A stretch of 64,000 bases of DNA from a virus: IMG/VR virus record IMGVR_UViG_3300046758_000611, positions 96,001 through 160,000 of that record. One strand, 5' to 3'. Each line of letters begins with the position of its first letter. The first letter of the stretch is position 1. Of the stretch, positions 29,612-39,565 are shown piece by piece. The notes below the pieces were generated by a model, which had not been told where the DNA came from, did not search any database, and was given only the letters and a program-made list of their open reading frames with translations. The translations under genes were made by a program, and so were the position numbers.

Positions 29612-29688
29612 TGGCCTCCTCACGGAGATTCGAACTCCGGTTGCATGGATGAAAACCATGTGTCCTAACCTGACTAGACGATAAGGAG
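29612..29688 (-). tRNA. tRNA-Glu(TTC)
   Basis: Anticodon arm CATGG-TTTTCAT-CCATG, TTCGAAT T-loop, CCA end. Confidence 0.95.
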
Positions 29689-29696
29689 AAAAAATA

Positions 29697-29771
29697 TGGC
29701 TGCTCGGGTTGGATTCGAACCAACGACCAAGTGATTAACAGTCACCTGCTCTGCCACTGAGCTACCGAGCA
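29697..29771 (-). tRNA. tRNA-Asn(GTT)
   Basis: Anticodon arm GGTGA-CTGTTAA-TCACT, CCA end. Confidence 0.97.
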
Positions 29772-29796
29772 ACACTGAAGACTCTTATTAAAGTTG

Positions 29797-29873
29797 TGGT
29801 CGGGATAGCAGGATTTGAACCTGCGACCTCTTGCTCCCAAAGCAAGCGCGATACCAGGCTACGCTATATCCCG
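29797..29873 (-). tRNA. tRNA-Pro(TGG)
   Basis: CGGGATA acceptor, anticodon arm CTTGC-TTTGGGA-GCAAG, CCA end. Confidence 0.97.
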
Positions 29874-29884
29874 ATATAAAAAAA

Positions 29885-29960
29885 TGGAGCCACCTGTCGG
29901 AATCGAACCGACGACATCCTCATTACAAGTGAGGTGCTCTACCAGCTGAGCTAAGGTGGC
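29885..29960 (-). tRNA. tRNA-Thr(TGT)
   Basis: Anticodon arm CCTCA-CTTGTAA-TGAGG, CCA end. Confidence 0.97.
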
Positions 29961-29974
29961 AATAAAATTGATTA

Positions 29975-30049
29975 TGGAGCATCGGACAGGACTCGAACCT
30001 GCATGGTAGGGATTTGCAGTCCCTTGCGTCACCATTCCGCCACCGATGC
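29975..30049 (-). tRNA. tRNA-Cys(GCA)
   Basis: Anticodon arm AGGGA-CTGCAAA-TCCCT, U73 discriminator, CCA end. Confidence 0.96.
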
Positions 30050-30064
30050 ACAAAAAGAAACATT

Positions 30065-30130
30065 TGCCCCTCTCGTTTTACGGTTTGGACACCCCTTATT
30101 GGTCGTTATGCCTACATTCCCTATGTAGGA
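30065..30130 (-). ncRNA. candidate structured leader or small RNA ahead of the tRNA operon
   Basis: GC-richer island with a perfect 7-bp hairpin (CCTACAT/ATGTAGG, 30111-30129) and a second possible stem. Confidence 0.3.
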
Positions 30131-30147
30131 AGATTTAAATATAATCT

Positions 30148-30176
30148 AATATATAATTGTATAAACAAAACGTCAA
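30148..30176 (-). promoter_or_regulatory. sigma70-type promoter of the tRNA operon
   Basis: TTGACG-17 nt-TATATT on the minus strand. Confidence 0.7.
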
Positions 30177-30180
30177 TAAA

Positions 30181-30789
30181 TTAAAAAGAAGAATTTTTAA
30201 ATAAATAAGGTTTCCATTCCTCTCTCATGACATTACCTACTTCATAAAATGGTTTTGGTGGACTTGCTTTTAAGATTTCCCCTTTGTAGTCATAATATGG
30301 AAATATACTACCTTTTCTTGAGTTGCACTTTACACAGGTCAATGTTAAATTAAAATAATCATTGTCACCACCCTTGCTTTTTGGTTTGATGTGTTCTATT
30401 GTCAATTTATTTTGAGGAAAGTGTTCACCACAAATTTGACAAATGCCTTCGTATTTTTTGTAGAGATATTTAATTGAAGGTTTTCTTTTTGAGTTATATG
30501 TAAAATTTGCAGTAGTGAGAAGAATTGTAGGCACTGGTATAACATGGTTAACCGACCGAACAAAAGGTTGCTGGTCGTAAAAACCATGCTTGTATTCAAG
30601 CCATTTATTCCAGTCACAGGTGGTGCCGTCACTTGCAACTGCCATTACTTTTGGTCGTGTTTTGTGGAATCTCTCGGTTGCACCCATAAGTTTCTTTAAA
30701 CCTTCTTTTACCGAAGTTACATTTAAAGGTGTCCAATAGTGAGTCAATAGCAACACTAAATTTTCCGATGTAGTAACGTATTGATACAT
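30181..30789 (-). CDS. HNH endonuclease (McrA-like)
   Basis: CQICG...TIEHIKPKSKGG...NLTLTCVKCNSRKG. Confidence 0.92.
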   Translation of the reverse strand: MYQYVTTSENLVLLLTHYWTPLNVTSVKEGLKKLMGATERFHKTRPKVMAVASDGTTCDWNKWLEYKHGFYDQQPFVRSVNHVIPVPTILLTTANFTYNSKRKPSIKYLYKKYEGICQICGEHFPQNKLTIEHIKPKSKGGDNDYFNLTLTCVKCNSRKGSIFPYYDYKGEILKASPPKPFYEVGNVMREEWKPYLFKNSSF

Positions 30790-30841
30790 TTCTTAATAAT
30801 ATTATATAAATATATATGAAAATTCAATCTTAAAATTAAAG

Positions 30842-30871
30842 TTGACTAATTTAAGTGTTTCTGTTTTTAAT
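30842..30871 (+). promoter_or_regulatory. sigma70-type promoter
   Basis: TTGACT-18 nt-TTTAAT, ending 6 nt before ATG 30878. Confidence 0.55.
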
Positions 30872-30877
30872 ATAAAC

Positions 30878-31288
30878 ATGGAAACAAACAAATACACAGA
30901 GTTTATTCTACTTGAACTTATTGCTAAATCAAATAAATTCATTGAAGAATACTGCAAAACATTTCCTTCACAGGATATAAACGCAAGATTGTTTAAAGCA
31001 GATACATCGTGCTCATGTCGAAAGGAATTAATAGATTTTTACAACGAAACAAAAGAAAAAATTAATAAATTTTTATCTGACTTTATTTCTAACAATCCGA
31101 GTGAAATCAATCTTAAAGAGTTTATTACTAAAATGGAAAGTAAGTATATAGGTGGAACAACACATCGTGTAAATTGTTCTGATAAAGACTTTTATGACTT
31201 TGTAAATAAAATAAATTCAGAAGGATCGTTATACAGGTCGGTGTGTAGTTTCAAAGAAAAAGACTCTATCGTTTTTATGTTTTTTTAA
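30878..31288 (+). CDS. hypothetical protein
   Basis: METNKY...; the track's TTG start coincides with the -35 box, so the start was moved. Contains a CSC motif. Confidence 0.6.
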   Translation: METNKYTEFILLELIAKSNKFIEEYCKTFPSQDINARLFKADTSCSCRKELIDFYNETKEKINKFLSDFISNNPSEINLKEFITKMESKYIGGTTHRVNCSDKDFYDFVNKINSEGSLYRSVCSFKEKDSIVFMFF

Positions 31289-31365
31289 TTTTTACTTGCC
31301 AAATAATTCAAATCAATATAATATAATATCTATAAACTTTAATAAACACATTAACCCTAAAAATT

Positions 31366-31551
31366 ATGAATACAACAAAAGAACTATATGAACAAATTCG
31401 CAATTTATTTGAGGAATTTGAAGAAAATCATAACAAAAACGTAGAAACCGGTGTTAAGGCTGCAGGTACCCGTGCAAGAAAAGCAATAGGGGAAATTAAA
31501 AAACTTGCTACCGTATATCGTAAGCAATCTATCGAAGACTCAAAAAAGTAA
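31366..31551 (+). CDS. histone H1-like protein (Hc1 family core)
   Basis: GVKAAGTRARKAIGEIKKLATVYRKQS matches the Hc1 core G.KAAG.RARK....L.K....RK.S. Confidence 0.85.
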   Translation: MNTTKELYEQIRNLFEEFEENHNKNVETGVKAAGTRARKAIGEIKKLATVYRKQSIEDSKK

Positions 31552-31569
31552 TCTCAATATTATAAAATT

Positions 31570-31818
31570 ATGACAGATAACAATAAATCAAATATCACAG
31601 TAGAAACAACTGTAAATAAAACAAGAAAGAAACTGGTAGTTAACTGGCCAACCGGTAAATTTACAATTTCTGATCTAGAAAAAAATCATCCAAGTGCCGT
31701 TCCAATCACACTTAGGTTTCGTGTAAAAAAAGCACTTGAGTCTGGTATCATTAAACCGGCCGGGAAAATTGAAGGAGAACTCGGTCGTCCTGCAATGTTG
31801 TTTGAAACAACACAATAA
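31570..31818 (+). CDS. winged-helix DNA-binding protein
   Basis: FTISDL...TLRFRVKKALESGII...GELGRP..LF; the GRP wing is typical of wHTH regulators. Confidence 0.6.
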   Translation: MTDNNKSNITVETTVNKTRKKLVVNWPTGKFTISDLEKNHPSAVPITLRFRVKKALESGIIKPAGKIEGELGRPAMLFETTQ

Positions 31819-31897
31819 AGTAATCTAGTACAAATTTCAAAAAAAAATATAATAAAATCAATTACATATATATTTATATAAATATTCAAATAAGATT

Positions 31898-32635
31898 ATG
31901 TTCGAAGACTTAGACAACAACTTTAAAAAAAATGCAGCCAAACCAATTCAGACTGACGTCAAGAAGATGGATACTGCTGAAACCTCGTATAACGATGAAC
32001 CAAAAGAATATTACGAAAAAAATTTTGAGAATAGTCAAATGTCAGGATTATTATCTATATTTGATGAAAAACTTAAAAGTCGATTAAAAAAGTCAGAAGA
32101 AAAAAAAGAATCAAATGAAGATTATGATACCATTAACTTTTCTGAAAAAAATGTAGTAATTAAAAGTAATACTGCACCGAAGGAGGTTACCGAAGATCAA
32201 ATATCTTCGTTATTACAATCTAATTTATCAGAAAGTTCTGTAAAAATAGTATCTTCTTCTGAAAAAAATAAGGTTGAGGTAAAGTCAACCCCGCCGAGTG
32301 AATTTTCGTCTGCTCCAACTACTACCCCTTACGAGGCAACAGTACAAAGTGTTGATCCAAATCATAATATTAAAATATTTAAGGATACTAATACCGCAAC
32401 CCCTCGTTACGAAACAACTCAAACTTTGGTTGATCCATCTAGTAATTTGCAAAGTATGAATTACAGTGGAGCAACTGGACTTTCTCAAGCAATAGGGCAA
32501 GGCACTGACTCACATAGAATTTCCGATGATGAAATTGCTATGCACTTAGCAAAGCATAATCAGAAAAAAGAAGAAGAATCAGAAGAAGACAGATTAAATT
32601 CGGTTGTTGAGGTACCTGAACACTTAAAAACATAA
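31898..32635 (+). CDS. hypothetical low-complexity protein
   Basis: 245 aa, rich in S/T/E/K, probably disordered; TP.YE.T.Q..VDP occurs twice. Confidence 0.55.
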   Translation: MFEDLDNNFKKNAAKPIQTDVKKMDTAETSYNDEPKEYYEKNFENSQMSGLLSIFDEKLKSRLKKSEEKKESNEDYDTINFSEKNVVIKSNTAPKEVTEDQISSLLQSNLSESSVKIVSSSEKNKVEVKSTPPSEFSSAPTTTPYEATVQSVDPNHNIKIFKDTNTATPRYETTQTLVDPSSNLQSMNYSGATGLSQAIGQGTDSHRISDDEIAMHLAKHNQKKEEESEEDRLNSVVEVPEHLKT

Positions 32636-32636
32636 A

Positions 32637-33857
32637 GTGCAACTTTCCGACCACTTTAAAAAGTTCTACAACATGAAACCATATCTTCTTATTGAAGAGG
32701 AAGAGTGGAAGAGCATAATTCAAACGTATGAAAAAGAAGATGTTGTAGAAGAATTGGCAAAAGTTTTGCACACCTATCCTGTTCCGTTACCTGAGATTAC
32801 CGAAAAGCAAACTCTTGATAGTTTAAATAAGTTAAAAGGAATAAAGCATAATGATGTGCTTGTAGAAAAAAGATGGTTTCCTCGTAACGAAAGAAAAAGT
32901 AATTATCATTTAAACTATAAAGGTTCTCAGTATCTATTAAAAAGAAACAATTCAGGTAATAATGCTTCTAATCCATTTCATGTAGAAACTCGTTGGAAAG
33001 TAGATTGGACAAGAACACCAAGTGGTTGGAAAACTTGGCAAACAGTCAATGGAATCAAAACAATCGTTCGTGCTTATTGGACATTAGATAAAGTTCTCAA
33101 TCGTGTTGATGTAAATACTCTTCGGGTAGCTACAACTCTTCGTAAGTATGTCGCATCGCAATTCAAACCAGCAGTTGCAAAAGCATTTTACGATCACTTT
33201 CAAAGCAAGAACGTATTAGACTTTAGTGCAGGTTGGGGAGATAGATTAGCAGGATTTTATACAGGTGAAACCACAGAGCATTATGTGGGAATTGATCCCA
33301 ATACACTTAACCACCCCAATTATCAAAAGCAAATTCAGTTCTATGAAAAGTATTCTACATTTTTTGAACAAGATAGAAAAGCAGACTTAATAGAAAGTCC
33401 TGCCGAAGATGTAGATTATTCCCAATATGACAATTACTTTGATACGGTGTTTACAAGTCCACCTTATTTTAATACAGAAAAGTATTCAGACGATGATACG
33501 CAATCTTGGGTGAGATATAAAAAGATAGATGACTGGAATGAGAGATTTCTTCACACTACACTTGGTAAAATAATTCCGACAATAAAAAAGAATGGTATTC
33601 TTGCGGTAAACATAGCAGATGTATTTAATGCTCCTATCAATGACTATGTTGAAATTACGAACCCGATGAACGACTTTATTAAATCAAAGGGTCTTGAATA
33701 TATTGGTTGCATTGGAATGGAAATGACGAAACGATTTAATTCAGGTGGTGCGGGTAATGCCAAGAGTGAATATTTTTCGGAAGACCTAAAAGAAATAACC
33801 GAGGAGACTAAAGATATTGCGTTTGCAGAACCTATTTGGACTTGGAAAAAGGTTTGA
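32637..33857 (+). CDS. DNA amino methyltransferase-like protein (paralog of 22506-24095)
   Basis: LDFSAGWGDRL, YVGIDPN, FTSPPYFNTEKY, NIAD and EPIW motifs. Confidence 0.85.
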   Translation: MQLSDHFKKFYNMKPYLLIEEEEWKSIIQTYEKEDVVEELAKVLHTYPVPLPEITEKQTLDSLNKLKGIKHNDVLVEKRWFPRNERKSNYHLNYKGSQYLLKRNNSGNNASNPFHVETRWKVDWTRTPSGWKTWQTVNGIKTIVRAYWTLDKVLNRVDVNTLRVATTLRKYVASQFKPAVAKAFYDHFQSKNVLDFSAGWGDRLAGFYTGETTEHYVGIDPNTLNHPNYQKQIQFYEKYSTFFEQDRKADLIESPAEDVDYSQYDNYFDTVFTSPPYFNTEKYSDDDTQSWVRYKKIDDWNERFLHTTLGKIIPTIKKNGILAVNIADVFNAPINDYVEITNPMNDFIKSKGLEYIGCIGMEMTKRFNSGGAGNAKSEYFSEDLKEITEETKDIAFAEPIWTWKKV

Positions 33858-33916
33858 CATCCGTTAATTATAATATATATTTATATATATATACATAAAC
33901 TTAAACTTACAAAAAA

Positions 33917-34207
33917 ATGGATTCAGACGAAAATAGAATTGAACAAGAGTCTCTTGACTTTTTAACGAAGTGCTCGGTTGATGACTTTGTTGCGTTGTAT
34001 GAACATATGACACTATCTAAACTAGAAGAAGTTCAAACCGACAACACTAACCTTATTTACACAATAGTTAAATCGGAGGGTGACCCTGACGAGGTGGGAA
34101 CGCAATTAACATTCAGTAAAATGGTTGAAGGTGTTGAAGCAATTTTTGGAATGACTTATGACGATTTAAAACTATTACACGAAAAAATAATAAAAATTAA
34201 AAAATAA
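33917..34207 (+). CDS. hypothetical protein
   Basis: 96 aa ORF downstream of a TTGACA box at 33854. Confidence 0.55.
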   Translation: MDSDENRIEQESLDFLTKCSVDDFVALYEHMTLSKLEEVQTDNTNLIYTIVKSEGDPDEVGTQLTFSKMVEGVEAIFGMTYDDLKLLHEKIIKIKK

Positions 34208-34208
34208 C

Positions 34209-34433
34209 ATGGAAGTGGAAACAACAAAACTAACATCACTTTTTACAGGACTAATTGGAATCGTAATTTTGCCAATTGGATTTATTTGGGCAGTAAACAC
34301 ATCATTTAATCTTAATATTCAATATACATTTTTGAATTGGTTAAGCATAGTTTTTCTTCAACTTTATTTCCAAGTTGTAGTAAGAGCAAGTGTAGGTTCA
34401 GTTAACTCAAACAAATCAAAAAAAAATAATTAA
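34209..34433 (+). CDS. small membrane protein
   Basis: Two hydrophobic segments (IVILPIGFIWAVN; YTFLNWLSIVFL). Confidence 0.6.
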   Translation: MEVETTKLTSLFTGLIGIVILPIGFIWAVNTSFNLNIQYTFLNWLSIVFLQLYFQVVVRASVGSVNSNKSKKNN

Positions 34434-34475
34434 AGACTTTACGTATGATTATAAATCATATATATTTATGTATAT

Positions 34476-34817
34476 ATGAAATACGATAATATAGCAAAAT
34501 TCACATTTGATTATACTTGGAGAGATTCTGATGACAATCTTGTTTCAAGAACAAGACACACAACAACAGAAGAAACTCTTGGAGAAGTATTGAATGCGTT
34601 TGAATTGTTTTTAAGAGGTGCTGGATTTCATTTCGATGGTCATCTTGAGTTTGTAGATGAAAACGACAATCCTACAAATACAAGTTACACAAATGTAAAT
34701 CAACCTGAATTTCAGAATCAACAATTAGAGTTTGATTTTGTAAAAGAATTATTCACCGACTTGGAAAATTTTGATAAAGATACTGATATAGATTTGGATG
34801 ACGAAAAACGCAGTTAA
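34476..34817 (+). CDS. hypothetical protein
   Basis: L.EVL.AFE.FLRGAGF.FDG.L motif; TATTTAT 6 nt upstream. Confidence 0.65.
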   Translation: MKYDNIAKFTFDYTWRDSDDNLVSRTRHTTTEETLGEVLNAFELFLRGAGFHFDGHLEFVDENDNPTNTSYTNVNQPEFQNQQLEFDFVKELFTDLENFDKDTDIDLDDEKRS

Positions 34818-35157
34818 TTTATCATTTTATTCTGACTTAAAAACACAAACAAATACAACTCAAGTAGTACATTGCAAAAAGTCCAAATACGATGTTTATA
34901 TCGGACGGCCTTCTTTGTGGGGCAACCCCTATTCTTCAAAAAAAGGAACTCTTGCCAAGTATTTCGTTGGAAGTAAATCAGAAGCAATACAAAGTTATGA
35001 AAAATATTTAGAATCGTCTCCTAAATTATTAGAAGCACTTAAGAATTTAAAAGGAAAACGATTAGGATGTTGGTGCAAACCAAAATCTTGTCACGGAGAT
35101 GTTATCGTAAAATTAATAAACAAATATTATTCAGATGAAGATATTATCAGCAGTTAG
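34798..35157 (+). CDS. DUF4326 family protein
   Basis: VVHCKK..YDVYIGRPS.WGNPY...LKGKRLGCWCKPKSCHGDV. Confidence 0.88.
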   Translation: MTKNAVNLSFYSDLKTQTNTTQVVHCKKSKYDVYIGRPSLWGNPYSSKKGTLAKYFVGSKSEAIQSYEKYLESSPKLLEALKNLKGKRLGCWCKPKSCHGDVIVKLINKYYSDEDIISS

Positions 35158-35611
35158 ACATTCAGGAAAAACATATCATAGCAAATCACTTAACTTTGTA
35201 GATTGTGATAAAATAATTGGAGAAGCAATTGGATGGCCACCTCACTTTGATAAAAAAGAGTTCTCCGGCAAAATATATTCTTCATCTTTAATTGACGAAC
35301 ATGAGGTTGCCGTTCAGTTTTCACGTGATTCTTGGAAAGTTCTCGAAAACTATACAAATGAAAATGATGTAATTTTAAGTATACCTGAGGTTTGGAGTGC
35401 GAGAAGTTTTTGGGAATGGCCTATTAAACCAGATGTTCTTGTAACTATTGATGAAGAACGACATAAGCAAAATTTGTTGGAAATAAGTCAAAATCATATG
35501 TGGGGAACTATAAAGTTTTGGAGACAAATGCTTGAACATGAAGCAAACGAAAATAATATTAGGGTTGTCAACACCTTTGAAGATGCGATATATTATTTAA
35601 ATGAAAATTAA
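35135..35611 (+). CDS. hypothetical protein, degenerate P-loop kinase-like
   Basis: N-terminal ILSAVRHSGKTY and VDCD. Confidence 0.45.
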   Translation: MKILSAVRHSGKTYHSKSLNFVDCDKIIGEAIGWPPHFDKKEFSGKIYSSSLIDEHEVAVQFSRDSWKVLENYTNENDVILSIPEVWSARSFWEWPIKPDVLVTIDEERHKQNLLEISQNHMWGTIKFWRQMLEHEANENNIRVVNTFEDAIYYLNEN

Positions 35612-36128
35612 GATAAAAAATACTGGAACTATTGTACCAAAAAATTTAACGCAATACGATGTGGGTTATGATTTAGTTGCATCGTCTCATCCTGCTATCT
35701 CGGGAGAATATGACGAAGAAGCACAGGCCTGGTCACGAATAGATTATATTCAGTATCACACAGATTTATATATCGAACCATGTGTAGATGATAAAGTTTA
35801 TCACACTAATATTTTTCCAAGAAGCAGTATCAGCAATAAAAATCTTATGCTTGCAAATTCAATCGGATTAATTGATGCTGGTTATCGTGGAGAGTTACTT
35901 ATTCGTTTTAAATATATTACTCAACCAGAAGATATTTATGCAAAAATTAAAGGTCATTGTACCCAAGTTCCAATGCTAACCAATGTTAATATGGAAAAAA
36001 TTTACAAAAAAGGTGAACGCATCGCACAACTTGTAATTGCAGAAACGCATAAAGTTGAATTTGAAATCGTAGAAGAGTTGTCAGAAACGGACCGAGGAAA
36101 AGGTGGATTCGGAAGCACAGGTGCTTGA
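35601..36128 (+). CDS. dut: trimeric dUTPase
   Basis: GYDL, PRSS, GLIDAGYRGE, ERIAQL and RGKGGFGSTG (motifs 1-5). Confidence 0.95.
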   Translation: MKIKIKNTGTIVPKNLTQYDVGYDLVASSHPAISGEYDEEAQAWSRIDYIQYHTDLYIEPCVDDKVYHTNIFPRSSISNKNLMLANSIGLIDAGYRGELLIRFKYITQPEDIYAKIKGHCTQVPMLTNVNMEKIYKKGERIAQLVIAETHKVEFEIVEELSETDRGKGGFGSTGA

Positions 36129-36153
36129 CTTTTTATATAAAATAAGATACGAT
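36125..36153 (+). promoter_or_regulatory. sigma70-type promoter of the polymerase operon
   Basis: TTGACT-17 nt-TACGAT, ending 8 nt before ATG 36162. Confidence 0.65.
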
Positions 36154-36161
36154 AGTATTCA

Positions 36162-38669
36162 ATGTACCAAAATATATTCGTAAGCAAAAAGGACAACACA
36201 ATTTATTTGTGGGATGATAAACAAGGTTTAGTAACCTACAAAAACAAACCATACGCATACAGAAAGTCTCCGAACGGAATGTATCGTAGTATGTATGGTG
36301 ACAAGTTAGAAAAGGTAACTAAGTATCGGTATGAAGATGCAGGTTTGTTTGAATCAGATGTTCCTATTGAAACACGTAACTTAATTGACCTTTACGAAGA
36401 TGACGATGAACCAAGTACAGGTCATTGTGTATTAAACTTCGATATTGAGGTTAGTATGGAAGGAGAGTTGCCTGACACAGAACGAGCAAACAATCCTATT
36501 ACTTCCATTGCGTATCACGATAGTTGTTCTAATAACTATGTGGTTCTTGTTTTAGACAAGGAAGATAAAATCACCGACTATTCTAATGATGAAGTTTCGG
36601 TTTATTCTTATGATACAGAACGAGCAATGCTTGAACACTTTCTTGATTTTTATCAAGAGATTAGTCCGACAATATTGACCGGTTGGAACATTGATTACTT
36701 TGACGTTCCTTATTTGTATCGTAGACTCGCAAGAGTTTTAGGGCAAGGTGATGCAAATCGTTTGAGTCCTATTGGACACGCATATTATCATCAGTTCAAG
36801 AAACGTATTGTTATTGCAGGTGTTAGTTGCTTGGATTATCTTGCGTTATACAAGAACTTTACATTTAGTGTTGAACCAAGTTATCGTTTGGATGCAATTG
36901 GTCGTAAAGAAGTTGGTATTGGTAAAGTTGAATACGAAGGTAATCTTGATGATTTGTTTTCACAAGATATTGAGAAGTTCATTGAATACAATTTGAACGA
37001 CGTAAAGATTGTTGTTGAGATTGATAGAAAGATGGAACTCATTGAATTGACTCGTAGCATTTGTCACGTTGGACACGTTCCGTATGAAGACATTTTATTT
37101 TCGTCTCGTTATCTTGAAGGTGCATTGCTTACTTATCTTCGCAGACACAATCTTGTCGCACCAAATAAAGACCCAAATGGTCGTGAACGATTCAATGAAA
37201 TTAAAGGTGACGAATCCAAGAAGTTTAGTGGAGCATATGTGGCTGCACCGACACCTGGCAAATACAAGTGGGTGTTTGACTTGGATTTAACTTCTCTGTA
37301 TCCATCTATTATTATGTCCACGAATATTTCACCAGAAACCAAAGTGGGTGTTGTTGATAATTGGAGTCCCGAGAAGTTTTGTGACGGAGAACAAACCGAA
37401 GTTGGATTTCGTGGAGAAACATATTCAGCAGATGAGTTCAAGGCATTTCTAAAAGATAACAATCTTTCTATCAGTAGCAACGGAGTTATGTATACCAAGA
37501 ATAAGGTCGGACTTATTCCTGCGATTCTTGATCAATGGTTCAACCAACGTGTTGAGTTCAAGAACAAAATGAAAGAGTATGGTAACTCAGGTGACGATGC
37601 AAAGTATGTGTTCTATAAAAGACGTCAGCACGTGCAAAAGATTCTTCTTAATTCGTTGTATGGTGTTCTTGGTTTGCCTATCTTTCGGTTTTATGATGTG
37701 GACAATGCAGAAGCAGTTACGACCACAGGTGTGTCCGTGATTAAGTTTAGTCGCAAGATTGCGAATCACTATTACAATAAAACACTTGGTGATACAGAAG
37801 ATCATTGTATATACATTGATACCGACTCGGTTTTCTTTTCAGCATTGCCTATCGTAGAAAAAACGATGCCTCACGTTGATGTAAAGAACGATGACGAAAT
37901 GGCAACTGCAATTCTTGAAGTTGCGGGTGATGTACAAAACTTCATCAATAAAAGTTATGATGTTATGGCAAAACGTTTCTTCAACATTGAAGAGCATCGT
38001 TATGACATTAAACAAGAAGTGATTGCCAAAGCAAGTATGTGGTTGGCAAAGAAACGATATGCACAATGGATTATCAACAACAACGGTGTTACTTGTGACG
38101 AATTGGAAGTTAAAGGTCTTGATGTTGTGCGTAGTAGTTTTCCAACTCGGTTTCGTAAGTTTATGACGGAAATCCTCAAAGATATTTTGAAGGATGTGCC
38201 GAAAGAAGAAATTGATGAAAAGATTGTTACACTCAAAAAGCAAGTTAAGAACGAGTCGGTTGATGATATTGCAAAGACGAGTGCAGTTAAAAATATATCC
38301 AAGTATGTAAAGATGATGGATAAAGGTGCAGTTATGGGTGAGTGTGCAAAAAGTACACCCGCACACGTTAAATCAAGTATCATTCACAATCAGTTTCTCA
38401 AAAAGTTTAAAATACAAAGTGAACCTATTCGTAATGGTGAAAAAATTAAGTGGATTTATTTGAAGAACAATGAACTTGGTTTAGATGCACTTGCGTTTCG
38501 TGGTTATGAAGACCCACCACAACTTATGGAGTTTATTGAGAAGTATGCAGATAAAGATAAATTGTTTGAACGAGAACTTGAAGGAAAGTTGCGTGACTTT
38601 TACGATGCACTTAGTTGGGACTTTGCAAGTGAGAATCTTGCAACTGCTCAAAAGTTTTTTGCTTTCTAA
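36162..38669 (+). CDS. family B DNA polymerase (T4 gp43-like)
   Basis: Exonuclease motifs FDIE, GWNIDYFD and YNLND; polymerase motifs DLTSLYPS, KILLNSLYG, YIDTDS and KKRY. Confidence 0.97.
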   Translation: MYQNIFVSKKDNTIYLWDDKQGLVTYKNKPYAYRKSPNGMYRSMYGDKLEKVTKYRYEDAGLFESDVPIETRNLIDLYEDDDEPSTGHCVLNFDIEVSMEGELPDTERANNPITSIAYHDSCSNNYVVLVLDKEDKITDYSNDEVSVYSYDTERAMLEHFLDFYQEISPTILTGWNIDYFDVPYLYRRLARVLGQGDANRLSPIGHAYYHQFKKRIVIAGVSCLDYLALYKNFTFSVEPSYRLDAIGRKEVGIGKVEYEGNLDDLFSQDIEKFIEYNLNDVKIVVEIDRKMELIELTRSICHVGHVPYEDILFSSRYLEGALLTYLRRHNLVAPNKDPNGRERFNEIKGDESKKFSGAYVAAPTPGKYKWVFDLDLTSLYPSIIMSTNISPETKVGVVDNWSPEKFCDGEQTEVGFRGETYSADEFKAFLKDNNLSISSNGVMYTKNKVGLIPAILDQWFNQRVEFKNKMKEYGNSGDDAKYVFYKRRQHVQKILLNSLYGVLGLPIFRFYDVDNAEAVTTTGVSVIKFSRKIANHYYNKTLGDTEDHCIYIDTDSVFFSALPIVEKTMPHVDVKNDDEMATAILEVAGDVQNFINKSYDVMAKRFFNIEEHRYDIKQEVIAKASMWLAKKRYAQWIINNNGVTCDELEVKGLDVVRSSFPTRFRKFMTEILKDILKDVPKEEIDEKIVTLKKQVKNESVDDIAKTSAVKNISKYVKMMDKGAVMGECAKSTPAHVKSSIIHNQFLKKFKIQSEPIRNGEKIKWIYLKNNELGLDALAFRGYEDPPQLMEFIEKYADKDKLFERELEGKLRDFYDALSWDFASENLATAQKFFAF

Positions 38670-39565
38670 TGGCAAACTATAATCAAATACTTCCAATCAG
38701 AAAAGATTGTAGAATTGATGAACAATTCGGTTGGTTGCCTTTGAGTGTATTAGAACCAAGTCGTGATCATCGTGAACAATGGCCGGAAGCATATCTTGAT
38801 GATGGAATTCGTGAAACAAAAAGAAGTAAAGATGCAGAGAATCTTCCTGGTCTTAGATTCAGTGAGTTTCACGCAGGATTAGCAGAGCAAATTCTTCGTT
38901 ATTGGAGTATGCGTGGAAGTGTAATCGTAGACCCATTTTCAGGTCGTGCTACACGTGCTATGGTTGCAAGTAAACTTGGTCGTAACTATCAAGGTTACGA
39001 AGTATCAAAGCAAACATATGATCGTTGTATGAAGCATTTTAAAAAGTTCAAGGTATCACCCAAACTTTTTAATTGTGATGGAACAGAGATGTTATATACA
39101 CGAAATGAAACTGCGGATTTGGTATTTACTTGTCCTCCGTATCACAATCTTGAAAAATACGAAACTGCAAAAAATCAATTAAGTGAATGTGAAACATACG
39201 AAGACTTTATGACTCAAATTCAAAAGTGTGGTAAAAATATAAATCGTGTTTTGAAACCAGGAGCATTTTGCGTATGGGTTGTTTCAGATTGGAGAGATAT
39301 GACAGGTAGTGGTCTTCGTAGTTTTCATTCGGACTTGATTACTGCATTTGTAAACGAAGGAATGATTCACCACGATACAATTATTATGAAGAATCTTAGT
39401 CCGTTTGCTTATGTTCAATGTGCGAAAGTAGCAAGCAAAAGATACACAAGTAAAATACACGAATATATTATGGTTTTTCGCAAAAAAGGTGAATATGAAA
39501 TACCCGATTATTGTGAGCAGGACGAACTGCGTGTTAATTCAAATAAGTTTTTTAGTTATGAATAA
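38669..39565 (+). CDS. DNA amino methyltransferase (motif I before motif IV)
   Basis: DPFSGRAT, FTCPPY.NLEKY, RVLKPG and HEYIMVF motifs. TAATG overlap with the polymerase stop. Confidence 0.85.
   Translation: MANYNQILPIRKDCRIDEQFGWLPLSVLEPSRDHREQWPEAYLDDGIRETKRSKDAENLPGLRFSEFHAGLAEQILRYWSMRGSVIVDPFSGRATRAMVASKLGRNYQGYEVSKQTYDRCMKHFKKFKVSPKLFNCDGTEMLYTRNETADLVFTCPPYHNLEKYETAKNQLSECETYEDFMTQIQKCGKNINRVLKPGAFCVWVVSDWRDMTGSGLRSFHSDLITAFVNEGMIHHDTIIMKNLSPFAYVQCAKVASKRYTSKIHEYIMVFRKKGEYEIPDYCEQDELRVNSNKFFSYE

Noticed and set aside
36162-38669. Intein or intron in the DNA polymerase
   Set aside because: The ORF is a continuous 835 aa with normally spaced motifs and no splicing or homing-endonuclease insert.
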